64,000 nucleotides of DNA from Bdellovibrionales bacterium (GCA_965262715.1 OZ253553.1:128001-192000), one strand, 5' to 3'. Positions 32,475 through 43,195 are shown, numbered from the stretch's first letter. A program made the numbers and translations. The notes: a model not told the origin generated them from the letters alone.

Positions 32475-33332
32475 TTAATAAGTAAGTGTAGATCTCTTTA
32501 CCAAACGTTCTCCAGACACACCTCCAACAACCACACGCATGACATCAGATTGATTTCCTTCTAGCTTTACGTCAAATACCCATGCGAGCTCTTGAACAGG
32601 ATTTTCCACTCTCACAAAAAGTTGAGGGCTTCTATGCTTTTCAGTATTGATCTGTGTGATCTGTGTAGTGGGAGATAAAGCCTCTTTTTGTAAACACCTT
32701 TCATTTTTTAAACATTCATCCCAAGCTTGCTCTCGATCGTAGTTTAAATTTGTATTAAAGTCTTCCATGTTTATTTCTTTAAGAGAATTAATTACACTAA
32801 AAACACTTTGATTGTCTTGCAATACAGAAACTCGCAGTTTTCCCCCATACACTTCATAACTATCTATAATTTGCTGAAAGGAATAATGCTTCACAAAATT
32901 TGTTCCTGTGACTGAAGAACCACCAACTTGATTTGCTCTTCCTCCAAAAAGGGGTGCCATCTCCTGTGCCAACAATAAAACACTTGCAGTCTGACTTTCT
33001 GCATCTGGTAATGGAAGATTTTTTTCTCTATCATCAGAACTTACAGACATGACATCACCTAGGCCATTTCTCTGTATAGTCCAACCATCGAAAAATGATT
33101 CTATATCTAACTCGCTTTCCTCTTCCTCATCTTCATCTTGATCTTTTGGTACTCTGCTTGCTTGCTCTAAAGCTCCTCTTGAAAGAGTAAAAGAAGGATA
33201 TTTTGATTCTTCTAAAAGATGGTTCTTAACATCTTCGCTAGGTAAATGAGACGGACTTCTATAAAAATAATAAAAGACCGTTAAACAAAAAATACTAGCA
33301 ATTCCTATATAAATAATACTTTTTCTATCCAT
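32475..33332 (-). CDS. FTP+PepSY-like membrane-anchored protein, paralog 2
   Basis: Tandem paralog of 31445-32284; HYSFQQIIDSYEVYGG, ELAWVF, VGGVSGERL. Confidence 0.6.
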   Translation of the reverse strand: MDRKSIIYIGIASIFCLTVFYYFYRSPSHLPSEDVKNHLLEESKYPSFTLSRGALEQASRVPKDQDEDEEEESELDIESFFDGWTIQRNGLGDVMSVSSDDREKNLPLPDAESQTASVLLLAQEMAPLFGGRANQVGGSSVTGTNFVKHYSFQQIIDSYEVYGGKLRVSVLQDNQSVFSVINSLKEINMEDFNTNLNYDREQAWDECLKNERCLQKEALSPTTQITQINTEKHRSPQLFVRVENPVQELAWVFDVKLEGNQSDVMRVVVGGVSGERLVKRSTLTY

Positions 33333-33907
33333 AACTTATAATAACCTTACATGACTTATGTAGGTTCATAAAAACCTCTCAAAGTCATGAATAATTTTTT
33401 CTTTTCACTTCACTAATATATTTTAATCTTATCTTTTTTCTGCATACATGCATTAACTTTAAATCATTAATTATTTCAAGAACATGACCTCCTTTTATTG
33501 AATAAACAAGCACTTAAGTTTTTAAAAAATAAGCTTGTAAACAGTATTTTAGCCTTATTTTCATAAACTTTAACACTACTTATATCATAACATAAAACAC
33601 TCATTTTTATGTAAAATAACTAAATAAAACCTTGAATCAACTTGAAGTACCGGACCTTTATCTAGCTACTGTAATAAAGTTAACCAACACCTACTTAAAC
33701 AAATAACAAACAAAAGATTTTATACCATACCATATAAATGGGGTACAAATCAAGTCAAAAATATCTTCAACAAAAAAAGTAAATGATGAAATTTTTAAGA
33801 ATTTCAAATGACTCAATGAAACAAGAACTCTTCAAATTACTTTGCAATAAGGGAAGTAAAAGTACATGATATTTCTTTAAATCACATACTATCAAATAGG
33901 AGATGAA

Positions 33908-35008
33908 TTGGAAGAAATATCTGCACAACTGCGCTCTCGTTCTTTTGCAAGTGATAACAACTCAGGAGTGATCCCTGAAGCTATAGCTGTTTTATTAGAA
34001 GTAAATAAAAATCATGTTGGAGCCTACGGTAACGATTCTGTCACTTTAAAAACAAAAGATTTATTTAAAGAAGTATTTGGCTCTTCTTGTGATCCTTATT
34101 TTGTGTTTAACGGAACTGCTGCTAATAACCTCTGTTTAACTCCTTTTGTAAAGCCTTTTGAAGCAGTGATCTGTTCAGAGCATGCGCACATTCATCAAAA
34201 TGAATGTGGAGCACCAGAACGTCTTTTAGGTATCAAGTTGCAACCATTGAAAACACAAGATGGTAAATTAGATGCTCAGCAAATCAAGACACATCTAAAA
34301 ACACAAAGGTATGGCGACATCCATTCTATCCAGCCGCGTATGGTGAGTATCACTCAACCTACAGAATTAGGTACTGTTTATTCCATAAAAGAAATGCAAG
34401 ATATTTCAGCCGTGGCAAAAGAACATGGCCTTTTCCTTCATATTGATGGCTCTCGCTTAGTCAATGCAGCAATGGCATTAAATAAATCTCTTAAAGAAAT
34501 CACTGTAGATGTGGGCGCAGATTGTATCTCTTTTGGTGGAACAAAAAATGGATTGATGCTTGCTGAGGCTGCGCTATTTTTTAACTCTTATCATCAAAAA
34601 GATATTCCTTTCTATCAAAAGCAACTCTTACAACTTCCTGGAAAAAGCCGTTTTGTTGCGGCGCAATTTTATGCATTACTTAAAAATAACTTATGGAAAA
34701 AATATGCCCGACATGCCAATCAGATGGCGCAAAAACTAGCTTTACAGCTTAAACCTCTAAAGCAGGTGAAAATCATACAACCTGTAGAAAGCAATGCTAT
34801 CTTTGCGCAAATCCCTAGAGCTTCTCTAAAGAAAGCGCGCGCGCGTTTCTTTTTCTATCTTTGGGAAGATAGTGACCGTATATCTCCAAACGATACTCAT
34901 GATACACCTTACTGTGTTGTAAGATGGATGAGCACATTTGATACCACTCAAGAAGACATTGATGCTTTTTGTTTAGATATTTCAAATTCTCTAAAAGAAA
35001 GCCTTTAA
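33908..35008 (+). CDS. ltaE: Low-specificity L-threonine aldolase
   Basis: FASDNNSG, YGND, FNGTAAN, HIDGSRL, FGGTKNG. Confidence 0.88.
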   Translation: MEEISAQLRSRSFASDNNSGVIPEAIAVLLEVNKNHVGAYGNDSVTLKTKDLFKEVFGSSCDPYFVFNGTAANNLCLTPFVKPFEAVICSEHAHIHQNECGAPERLLGIKLQPLKTQDGKLDAQQIKTHLKTQRYGDIHSIQPRMVSITQPTELGTVYSIKEMQDISAVAKEHGLFLHIDGSRLVNAAMALNKSLKEITVDVGADCISFGGTKNGLMLAEAALFFNSYHQKDIPFYQKQLLQLPGKSRFVAAQFYALLKNNLWKKYARHANQMAQKLALQLKPLKQVKIIQPVESNAIFAQIPRASLKKARARFFFYLWEDSDRISPNDTHDTPYCVVRWMSTFDTTQEDIDAFCLDISNSLKESL

Positions 35009-35713
35009 TCACTTTGACAGTGCTTGCATGTAATCCATTCGCACTTTAGAGTTCTCATTAAAATCACCTCTTAAATCATAAGTGTTTGTAACACTAAGCC
35101 TATCTTCAACACCTCTTGCGATCACACAATAATGTCTGGCACTTATTGAAACAGCTACATGAGGGGTGTCTAAAATATAACAGAGAGCATCTGTAATTTG
35201 CCGAGTTAGCCTTTCTTGAACCTGTGGCCTTTTAGAAAAAAAATGAGCTATACGATTGATCTTAGAAAGTCCAACAATTTGTTTACGAGGAATATAGGCA
35301 ATATCTGCACTGCCATGAATAGTCACAAAATGATGCTCACAAAAAGTAGTGATATTGACATTCTTCACCAAAATCATTTGATCATATTGAAGATTATTTT
35401 TCATAGTAGTGATTTTAGGAAAATGATTTAGATTAAGTCCTTGAAAGATTTCCCGAACATACATTTTTGCAACTCGTCGAGGCGATTTTTTCAATTCGCT
35501 ATCTTCAATATCTAAACCTAATATTTTCATTATACTTTCAAAATGCTTTGCAATTCTATTTTCTTTTTCTACATCAGATAAAGTGTTTGGCTTCGTATAA
35601 AAAGAATCTACATGAGACAAAATATCTTCTACTGAAAGTTGTCTTTGATCAGAAGATGTATTATTATAGGGGTTACAGTTATTGTCTGAATCCTGATTTT
35701 TAGATGAGTCCAC
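35009..35713 (-). CDS. folE: GTP cyclohydrolase I
   Basis: CEHHF, GLSKINR, RPQVQERLT, HYCVIARG. Confidence 0.95.
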   Translation of the reverse strand: MDSSKNQDSDNNCNPYNNTSSDQRQLSVEDILSHVDSFYTKPNTLSDVEKENRIAKHFESIMKILGLDIEDSELKKSPRRVAKMYVREIFQGLNLNHFPKITTMKNNLQYDQMILVKNVNITTFCEHHFVTIHGSADIAYIPRKQIVGLSKINRIAHFFSKRPQVQERLTRQITDALCYILDTPHVAVSISARHYCVIARGVEDRLSVTNTYDLRGDFNENSKVRMDYMQALSK

Positions 35714-35755
35714 GTAAGTCCTCCATTGTCAATAATTGAAAAAAGGTTTTATAAA

Positions 35756-36667
35756 ATGCAAGAGATTTCTAATTTAAGGTTACAAATTGCTGGTTATCAA
35801 GTCATTTCTTTACCTACAGGTCTTTTTGGGTTGGATGGTGGGGCCATGTTTGGCACAGTGCCAAAAGTTTTGTGGGAAAAATCTCATCCAGCAGATGAAT
35901 CCAATCGCATTCAACTAGAAGCTAGAGCATTACTGCTTCTTTCCGATGATAAAAAAATTATCATTGATACAGGTAATGGAGCTGACTTTGTTATCAAATA
36001 TGGGACAAAATTAGGTCAAAAATTTGCCGAGATGTACAATATTTCTACGACAGGAAAACCTCCTATCTTAGATACTCTTGATCAACACGGATTAAAGCCA
36101 GAAGATATTACAGACGTCATCCTCACACATCTTCACTTTGACCATGCAGGTGGTGGAACAACAGCACAAGATGGAACTCTTGTTCCTACTTTTCCAAAGG
36201 CTACATATTATGTTCAAAAAGACAATTTAGAAACAGCAAAAAAACCGAATCTCAGAGAAAGGGCTAGTTATTTTCCAGCAAACTTTGAACCCCTCTTAAA
36301 CGCTGGAGTATTAGAGATTTTAGAGGGTCCCTTAGACAACTTACTACCTGGAATATCTTTGAAACTCAGTTACGGTCATACTAGAGGACAACAAAATGTC
36401 TTTATCTCAGATAGTAACAATACTCTAGTTTATTGCGCAGATGTCATTCCTACGGCCTCTCATGTGAGACTGGCTTGGGTAATGGGATATGATTTAAACC
36501 CAGTTTTATTGATTGAAGAAAAGCGTAAAATTTTAAAAGAAGCTGGAGAAAAAAATTGGCTTCTATTTTTTGAACATGATCCTTACATTGATTGCGCTAA
36601 AGTTCAATATGACTCCCAGAGACAAAACTGGACCGTCTCTGAGAAATTCTGTTTGTTATTTCACTAA
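35756..36667 (+). CDS. MBL-fold metallo-hydrolase
   Basis: LDGGAMFG, THLHFDHAGG, GHT, FEHD; ATG at 35756 preferred. Confidence 0.9.
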   Translation: MQEISNLRLQIAGYQVISLPTGLFGLDGGAMFGTVPKVLWEKSHPADESNRIQLEARALLLLSDDKKIIIDTGNGADFVIKYGTKLGQKFAEMYNISTTGKPPILDTLDQHGLKPEDITDVILTHLHFDHAGGGTTAQDGTLVPTFPKATYYVQKDNLETAKKPNLRERASYFPANFEPLLNAGVLEILEGPLDNLLPGISLKLSYGHTRGQQNVFISDSNNTLVYCADVIPTASHVRLAWVMGYDLNPVLLIEEKRKILKEAGEKNWLLFFEHDPYIDCAKVQYDSQRQNWTVSEKFCLLFH

Positions 36668-36820
36668 AATGCATCCTCTGTTTCACTAAAATGCATCTAG
36701 CCTCTGGCTACTTTCTGGCGATAACCCTGATGACTTCATCAGAAAATGGTTATCGCCTAGAAAGCTTGATGCATTTTAGTAGGGAGACTCTCCTCATTTT
36801 TTAACATCATGTTAAGGAAA
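36659..36820 (+). repeat. Family SR copy E preceded by a duplicated 5' stub
   Basis: tcactaaaatgcatc occurs twice (36661, 36683); actaaaatgcatc/gatgcattttagt outer stem. Confidence 0.88.
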
Positions 36821-36883
36821 CTTTCCTTTTACTATCTTTTCTCTTTCTCTCTTACAAATCACCTAAATCTTTATAGCTAATAA

Positions 36884-36981
36884 GAATTGATGTTTTAAGC
36901 TAAAGACAATATCTTCCGCAGAGTGATCGCTACACAAGCGATCACTCGAGGACTTCGAGGCTTAGGTTAAAACATCAAGTC
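36884..36981. repeat. Family HB copy 3
   Basis: gaattgatgttttaagc...ggttaaaacatcaagtc. Confidence 0.85.
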
Positions 36982-37006
36982 ATTGCTTCAAAGATTTTTT
37001 CCTTGT

Positions 37007-37155
37007 CTGTATCACTAAAAATGGTCTGGCCTCTGGCCACTTTCTGACAGTAAGCCTGACAGTCTGCACTGTCAGCAAGTAGCTTACTGTCTAGAAAGCT
37101 TGACTATTTTTAGGAAGAAGATACTCCTCATTCTTTAACATCATGTTAAGGAAAT
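37007..37155 (+). repeat. Family SR copy F
   Basis: ctgtatcactaaaaatggtc...gttaaggaaat; near-identical to reverse complement of 49102-49251. Confidence 0.9.
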
Positions 37156-37185
37156 CATTTCTAAAAAACAATCACGCTCTATAAG

Positions 37186-38079
37186 TTAGAGCATTTTTTG
37201 GATAGAAGCTGAAATTGCCAAAGAGCTTCTTTTGCCTATATAATAACGAGGTTCTATTTTAAAAACAAGAGATTGAATATGCAACCCTAACTGAAGAGAT
37301 ACAACACCTCCAAAATTGAGCTTTGATTGCGCAGCACCTCCTCCTATGCCCATAGGATTTTCTTTTTTAAGACTCCAACGATTTACAGTAGGTCCAAGAC
37401 CAATAAAGAGAAATCCATTTTTCCCCATGATCGCATCTAATAAAAATAAAACTTGAATATCTAAAAAAATAGTTAAGTTACTCTGATAACCTTGGGGAGG
37501 AGTGAGTGTAAAATGAGTTGTGATATCCCAAACTTGAGAACTAGAAAAAAATTGAGATGCAAAGTTAAATTTTAAACCATAGGTAAGAAATTGACCTGTA
37601 TTATCAACTATATAATTGCGGTTTAAAAAATAACTTGCAGTGATCCCTGCATAAGGAATTTTTGTAAGATGAGCATCAACAGATGTATTTTTTTTCTGCG
37701 CTGGTGCCGTCCTTACCTGATTGGCCACCTTATTATCACTGTCTTGATCCTCAGATGTAGAATTAGGAGATGTTACAAGTTTCACATCTACATCTGAAAT
37801 GTATCCAACACGTTTTTCAAATTTAACACGGTAAAAAGCTCCTATAGTCTTATTGGAAATTCTAACTATTTCCCCAGCTCGCAGATAACCAAGTACGGCA
37901 CTATCAAAATTAGCTGTTTTATAAACAATAGCCCCATCTGTAAATACAGAGGCATCTTGCGCAGCTTTACTTTCTATCACAAAAGTCAATAAAAACATAG
38001 CGATGAAAGCAGTAGATATTTTACGTGATAAAATATTTTTATTTATACCATTGCTATTGGTTTTATAGATATATGACAT
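37186..38079 (-). CDS. Secreted SH3-like domain protein with probable C-terminal beta-barrel
   Basis: Signal ending SKAA; VYKTANFDSAVLGYL..GE...FYRV....VGYI; amphipathic strands at the C-terminus. Confidence 0.6.
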   Translation of the reverse strand: MSYIYKTNSNGINKNILSRKISTAFIAMFLLTFVIESKAAQDASVFTDGAIVYKTANFDSAVLGYLRAGEIVRISNKTIGAFYRVKFEKRVGYISDVDVKLVTSPNSTSEDQDSDNKVANQVRTAPAQKKNTSVDAHLTKIPYAGITASYFLNRNYIVDNTGQFLTYGLKFNFASQFFSSSQVWDITTHFTLTPPQGYQSNLTIFLDIQVLFLLDAIMGKNGFLFIGLGPTVNRWSLKKENPMGIGGGAAQSKLNFGGVVSLQLGLHIQSLVFKIEPRYYIGKRSSLAISASIQKML

Positions 38080-38343
38080 CTTGATCCTAGTTGTGCTATT
38101 TATCTTTTAAACAACTCACATTTTAATTATAAGTTGTAATTGAGGAAATGTGAAAGTTTTCAAAAAAAAGAGATTGTAAACAATTTTTATTCAAAACTTA
38201 ACTTTTGTCATAAAAGTTTATTCTTTTGTCTTAAAATGGGACACTTATTGTTATATAATATTAAAAAATTGAGCGTTTCTCTTGTATAAGAATAACTCAC
38301 AAAAATTTATTATATTAAACCTTAAAAGAAAGTTGATGTTGAA

Positions 38344-39687
38344 ATGGTATTATTTCGTATATTTATTGTCTCTTTTTTCATATTGTATTGTCCTCAAGCT
38401 TTCTCAAAGATTGAAATTACAGATGTAGTAGGAGCATCTAACTGGGAATATGAGGAATATGATGGAAATAGCTTGATTATATGGGCAGGTTTAGCAGGGC
38501 CTTCAACATGTAACAATGGAGTGTGTGACAACTGTAATGGCGGATTAGGAGACTGTAACAGAAATCGTATTGACGAGGATGGTTACTTAACTATACATTT
38601 CAGATCAGATGTGAGGCCAGGTATCCCTCTCATAACAGACGCTAACAACCGATCTACACCCCTTGGTGAAAGAAATATAACAATACCAGTAAATGCAAAT
38701 GATCCAGCTTCTTCTCGAGTAGCTTGGTCACGAATTTGCACGCAACCAAATGCTGACAATTGTACAGGCAATGCACAGCTCACTCTCCTTGTAGGAATAG
38801 ATGGCAGTAATAATGGGCAAGGTAATGTAAGCTTAGATAATGATGCTGAAGATGATTCATTATCGTTTACTGTATATATCAGAAAACGACTTCCTCAGGA
38901 AGGAATCAACACATTTTCACTTTTTCCAGGGGATGAAAAAGTTATTATGCTAACCCCAGCAGATGAAGGTGCGGGAGAGTTTGGACCAAAAAAAATTGAT
39001 GAACACCCTCCTATCATATTTCCAAATGGTTTTCCAACCTATGATGGCACACGCATCACATATATCCGTTTTTACTATGTAGAAGTTCCAAACGGTGAAG
39101 AGGGCTGCAGCATCGATGAACGTGGAATTGGAAACAATTCAGATTATGTTGAAACAGAAGTGATAGATCTACTTGAAGGGAGCAGCAAGGTTGAGTTAAG
39201 TAACCTCTATTTTACAAAAACTAATCAACGTAACACATTTAAAAATAATGTCACCTATGTCTTTAAAATTGCGCTTGTAGATGAAGCAGGTAATGTTGGA
39301 CGTTTCAATACAAGTTGTGATCCTGTGACTCATGTGATAACTCCTTCAGAGGTTCATGGACTCTTACCCGGCTGTTTTATTGCAACAGCTGCCTATGGAG
39401 AATCCCACAAAATTCTAGAAACCTTTTACCAATTTCGAGATCAAAAACTACTACCTTACACCTTGGGAAAACTCATTCACAACCTTTATTATATCTATTC
39501 TCCTCCTCTAGCAAATATCATTCAAGATAATGTACTTTTAAAATACATGGCTCGCATATCACTTATCCCTTTTTGGATATATGCTTTCCTAGCCCTTCAA
39601 ATAGGACATATCTTAACCTTCTTCCTATTGGCTAGCTTTACATCAATTCTTATATATTTCTTTATAAAAAAGAATGTAATAATATAA
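38344..39687 (+). CDS. Secreted protein with CFI-box-CTERM domain
   Basis: Signal peptide; GCFIATAAYG...FRD..L....G......YY.YSPPLA followed by TM and basic tail. Confidence 0.85.
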   Translation: MVLFRIFIVSFFILYCPQAFSKIEITDVVGASNWEYEEYDGNSLIIWAGLAGPSTCNNGVCDNCNGGLGDCNRNRIDEDGYLTIHFRSDVRPGIPLITDANNRSTPLGERNITIPVNANDPASSRVAWSRICTQPNADNCTGNAQLTLLVGIDGSNNGQGNVSLDNDAEDDSLSFTVYIRKRLPQEGINTFSLFPGDEKVIMLTPADEGAGEFGPKKIDEHPPIIFPNGFPTYDGTRITYIRFYYVEVPNGEEGCSIDERGIGNNSDYVETEVIDLLEGSSKVELSNLYFTKTNQRNTFKNNVTYVFKIALVDEAGNVGRFNTSCDPVTHVITPSEVHGLLPGCFIATAAYGESHKILETFYQFRDQKLLPYTLGKLIHNLYYIYSPPLANIIQDNVLLKYMARISLIPFWIYAFLALQIGHILTFFLLASFTSILIYFFIKKNVII

Positions 39688-39806
39688 TAAAAAAAAGCCA
39701 AAGCTATATTTAAAGAAGTGAAGAAATCCACAGAAATGAAGAATATAAATAGGTAAAAGGCTAGTTTGTAATTTTCGATGCTCTTTAATCATCAAGAGGT
39801 AACAGC

Positions 39807-41438
39807 ATGAAATGGAGCGCTGCTTCGAATCGAAATAAGAAATTAAAAAGTCTTATTGTTTTTCTATTTATATTAGAAGCTTTCTTTATTTTTTCTTCAA
39901 ATCTATCCCTAGCTCAAACAGATAAGTCATCTCCTCTTAACTTGGAAGAAGATTTAGAAATCTTTAATGAAGGTACAGTCAACGAAAATACTAAAGCCAC
40001 TCAAAATAAAAGTAATGAAGATACAAAAGCATTTGAGTCTGATTCTATTGAGATTGCAGAGGAAGATGAACTTGCTGGAGTAGAAGATGAGGCTTTAAGT
40101 AAAGATGAGGAAGTAGAAAATAATAACCAGGTAGAGGATTTGATTGATAGTGAGATGAGTTCAGATATATTAACTGATAATGAGGTCCAAGAAGAAGCAA
40201 ATGAAGAAAGTACTGAAGATATCGAACAGATAGCAAGTGATAATGAAAGTGAAGAAGAAGTTGCTGCTGAAGCCAATGAAAATATAGAAGAATCTGCTGA
40301 AACGACTCAAGAAAACATAGTGAGTGATAGTGATGAAGATACCATTGCTGATGATACACAGGAAGATACAGAAGTCATTGAAAGTATAACAGATGATACT
40401 GATGAAGGTGAAGAGGAGATTGTTCAAACAGATGAAGAAGAAAACACTGAGACCTTCGAAGATATAACTGGTAATGATGATGAAAGTGAAGAAGAAACAG
40501 CCGAAGCTGATGAAATAGAAAGTATAGAACAAGATGAGTTTATTGACATAGAAGACGAAATATTAAGTGAGGATGAACAGCCAGAAAGCTCTCCACAAGC
40601 AGAATCTTTAATTGGTAGTGAAATCAATACAGAAAATGATAACGTTTTATCACAAACTCTTGTGCAAGCAGAGGAAGTAGGTCTCTCTGCCTCTTTTATC
40701 AAGTTACCTTTTGAAGAAACTAAAGAAGAACGGCTAGCAAGACTGCAACAAGATGAGTACTTCGATGAGTTAATACATATTAGTCAAACAGGTGTACATC
40801 AATACAAGGTCACTACATCACGCATTATTGGTTCTGTCGGTTTAAATATTGGATATTTTCCAGCTCCTTCCATAAATATAGAGAACCTCACTTATGAGGA
40901 TATATATGGCAATAATTCTAATATAGCATTTTTCTTAAATTATGAATGGAAGTTTCTTAAAAAGGTAGGATCTCTTTCGCTTGTCCCAGAAATTGGGCTT
41001 TCTTGGGCTAGAGGAACCGGTCGGTTCGCGTCAGGGAGTATTAATGAAGGTGAAACTCCTAAGGAAAAGTATTTTTTATTTGTTATACCTGTTGGAGCTG
41101 GATTGATGTACCGCCTGCAATACTGGAAAAATCAAATATTCACTCCTTTTGCAATAGGCGGTGCAAGTTATTTTGTACTCTTAGAAACTAGAGATGATTT
41201 CAAATTTAGTGATCCTAAAGAAAGTCTAGCAGTGGCTGCTACTCCAGCTCTTTATTTTGGAGGTGGTATTCAACTTTCACTCGATAGTTTTTCTCGTAGA
41301 GCAATTAACACATTAGACAGAGAATTTGGAATCAATCATATCTATTTTGTAGCAGAGGTTCGACAATATTTTGGCCTTTCAAACAATTTGAACTTCACTG
41401 GCCTTGTTTTCTCTGGAGGCATTCGTGTTGATTTCTAA
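39807..41438 (+). CDS. Outer-membrane beta-barrel protein with long acidic N-terminal region
   Basis: Signal peptide, about 250 aa D/E-rich segment, C-terminal barrel-like region ending GIRVDF. Confidence 0.7.
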   Translation: MKWSAASNRNKKLKSLIVFLFILEAFFIFSSNLSLAQTDKSSPLNLEEDLEIFNEGTVNENTKATQNKSNEDTKAFESDSIEIAEEDELAGVEDEALSKDEEVENNNQVEDLIDSEMSSDILTDNEVQEEANEESTEDIEQIASDNESEEEVAAEANENIEESAETTQENIVSDSDEDTIADDTQEDTEVIESITDDTDEGEEEIVQTDEEENTETFEDITGNDDESEEETAEADEIESIEQDEFIDIEDEILSEDEQPESSPQAESLIGSEINTENDNVLSQTLVQAEEVGLSASFIKLPFEETKEERLARLQQDEYFDELIHISQTGVHQYKVTTSRIIGSVGLNIGYFPAPSINIENLTYEDIYGNNSNIAFFLNYEWKFLKKVGSLSLVPEIGLSWARGTGRFASGSINEGETPKEKYFLFVIPVGAGLMYRLQYWKNQIFTPFAIGGASYFVLLETRDDFKFSDPKESLAVAATPALYFGGGIQLSLDSFSRRAINTLDREFGINHIYFVAEVRQYFGLSNNLNFTGLVFSGGIRVDF

Positions 41439-41507
41439 TCTGTCTGATATGTACAATCAAGACACTAGACATTCTTTCTTATTAGAGTATTCTTATCTAT
41501 CTAAGAT

Positions 41508-41753
41508 ATGGCAACCCGGCACTCTGGCAGTCCGGCATGACCATTCGAGTTCAATTTTTCTATTTGAAAGCACTTTATTTGAATGCCAAGTGAGTAGGAA
41601 GTGATAAAAGCTAATGATAAGAAGGGGCAGAGGCTCGCCTCACGAGTCTGGCCTTAGGGCAATGACTTTGGATTTAAGAAAGAAATTGAAGGTCCAGCTC
41701 AATCAGTTGCCGGGAACTGTTAACTGCTTGCCCGTCTGCCGTATTGCCGGAAT
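41508..41753. repeat. Family R8 element with ~150-bp insert between its arms
   Basis: Left arm ggcaacccggcactctggcagtccggca; right arm cagttgccgggaactg...tgcccgtctgccgtattgccgg. Confidence 0.7.
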
Positions 41754-41917
41754 ACTCCTATGACAAACATTTTTATATTGAAAGCTCTTTCTTATTAACT
41801 CTCTAAATTACAGTAGATGACAAAAGACAAACTCTCACAAAGGTTTTCAATATATATTTGCCCATAGAGTAGAGAAGTGATAAAGTCTTGAGCTTTGATA
41901 GATACTATGGAGAGTTT

Positions 41918-43195
41918 ATGTCCTCTAAAAATACTCAGCTGCGCAAAGTATTAAATTTAAGTCAAACAGTGGGGCTTGCCATCACAGTGGTTATTGGTGG
42001 TGGTTTTTTGGTGCTTCCTGGATTGGTCTACCAAAAAATTGGTAGTTCAGCTATTTATGTATGGCTATCAGTTTCATTATTGATGATCCCGCTACTAGTT
42101 ATGGTTGCAAAACTTGGAGCTAAATACCCTTCAGCAGGAGGAGTTGCTGGTTTTATGCATAATGCTTTTTCTCGTCGTTGGGGCATGGCAACAGAAACTT
42201 TATTGATCGGAACAATAGGGCTAGCTGTCCCCGCTATTGCACTGATAGGAGGTCAATATTTTGCATTATTGTTAAATAATGATGATATTGTTTTTGAGTG
42301 CGCGCTTATATTACTTTTTGCTGCCACTATCATTAACTGGTATGGCGTAACTGTATCTGCTAATATTCAAAGAATATTGGCATTCACACTTTGTGCTGTT
42401 TTATTTGCTGTAGCTTTGATGGCTCTTGTATTTGGTGATCATACACAGGGTACTCAGCTAGCTCCAATATTTTCTTTAAAAACATGGTCGGAGGCACTTC
42501 CAGCAACTGCATTGGTATTTTTTGCATTCACAGGGTGGGAAGAGTTGCCGGCGATGTCAGAGGAATATCAAAATCCACAACGTGATTTTCCACTATCTAT
42601 TGCAATTAGCTTTGTTGTTGTTGTCTTATTGTATTTTCTGGTGGCTATAGCTACCCAGTTGACTCTATTACAATCTGATCCACAAATTGCGATAGCTCCT
42701 ATTGCTCTTTTATTAAATTTTACTATTGGTCCATTAGGTACAATCTTCATCTCAATCATTGCGGTTCTTATTATTTTCACACATTTGATTAGTGCTGTTT
42801 GGGTAACTTCCCGCATTATCTTTTTTTCTGCTCGTGAAGGCCTATTGCCCAAATATTTTGTTTCATTAAATTCTTCTTATCAAGCACCTCGTCCCGCTAT
42901 TTTACTATGCATACTTATTTTCATTTCTGTACTATATGTTTATCTTATAGGACTTCTAAACTTAGAAAGCATATTAAAACTTTCTGGACAAAACTTCTTC
43001 TTTTTATATGCCTTGTGTACAGCAGTGTACCTTAAACTTGCAAATAAGATGACAGAATATATACTTAGTGTCATTGGATTGCTGATTATTTTATCAATGA
43101 GTATTGTTTTTGGATGGATGGTATTGTATCCATTATCATTTCTATTTATTGGATTTATCATCTCTCATCTTATTGATGTAAAAAACAAGAATTAA
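41918..43195 (+). CDS. APC-family amino acid permease
   Basis: VIGGGFLVLPG, YPSAGG, FFAFTGWE, SEEYQNPQRD; about 12 TM segments. Confidence 0.88.
   Translation: MSSKNTQLRKVLNLSQTVGLAITVVIGGGFLVLPGLVYQKIGSSAIYVWLSVSLLMIPLLVMVAKLGAKYPSAGGVAGFMHNAFSRRWGMATETLLIGTIGLAVPAIALIGGQYFALLLNNDDIVFECALILLFAATIINWYGVTVSANIQRILAFTLCAVLFAVALMALVFGDHTQGTQLAPIFSLKTWSEALPATALVFFAFTGWEELPAMSEEYQNPQRDFPLSIAISFVVVVLLYFLVAIATQLTLLQSDPQIAIAPIALLLNFTIGPLGTIFISIIAVLIIFTHLISAVWVTSRIIFFSAREGLLPKYFVSLNSSYQAPRPAILLCILIFISVLYVYLIGLLNLESILKLSGQNFFFLYALCTAVYLKLANKMTEYILSVIGLLIILSMSIVFGWMVLYPLSFLFIGFIISHLIDVKNKN

Noticed and set aside
29286..33332. Diversity-generating retroelement suggested by the Avd-like gene and nearby paralogous repeats
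   Set aside because: No reverse transcriptase in the window, and differences between the paralogs include indels and are not adenine-specific
40001..40702. Several antisense ORFs
   Set aside because: Shadows of the low-complexity acidic coding region
41404..41604. 66-aa ORF
   Set aside because: Overlaps the barrel gene end and the R8 arm; no coding support
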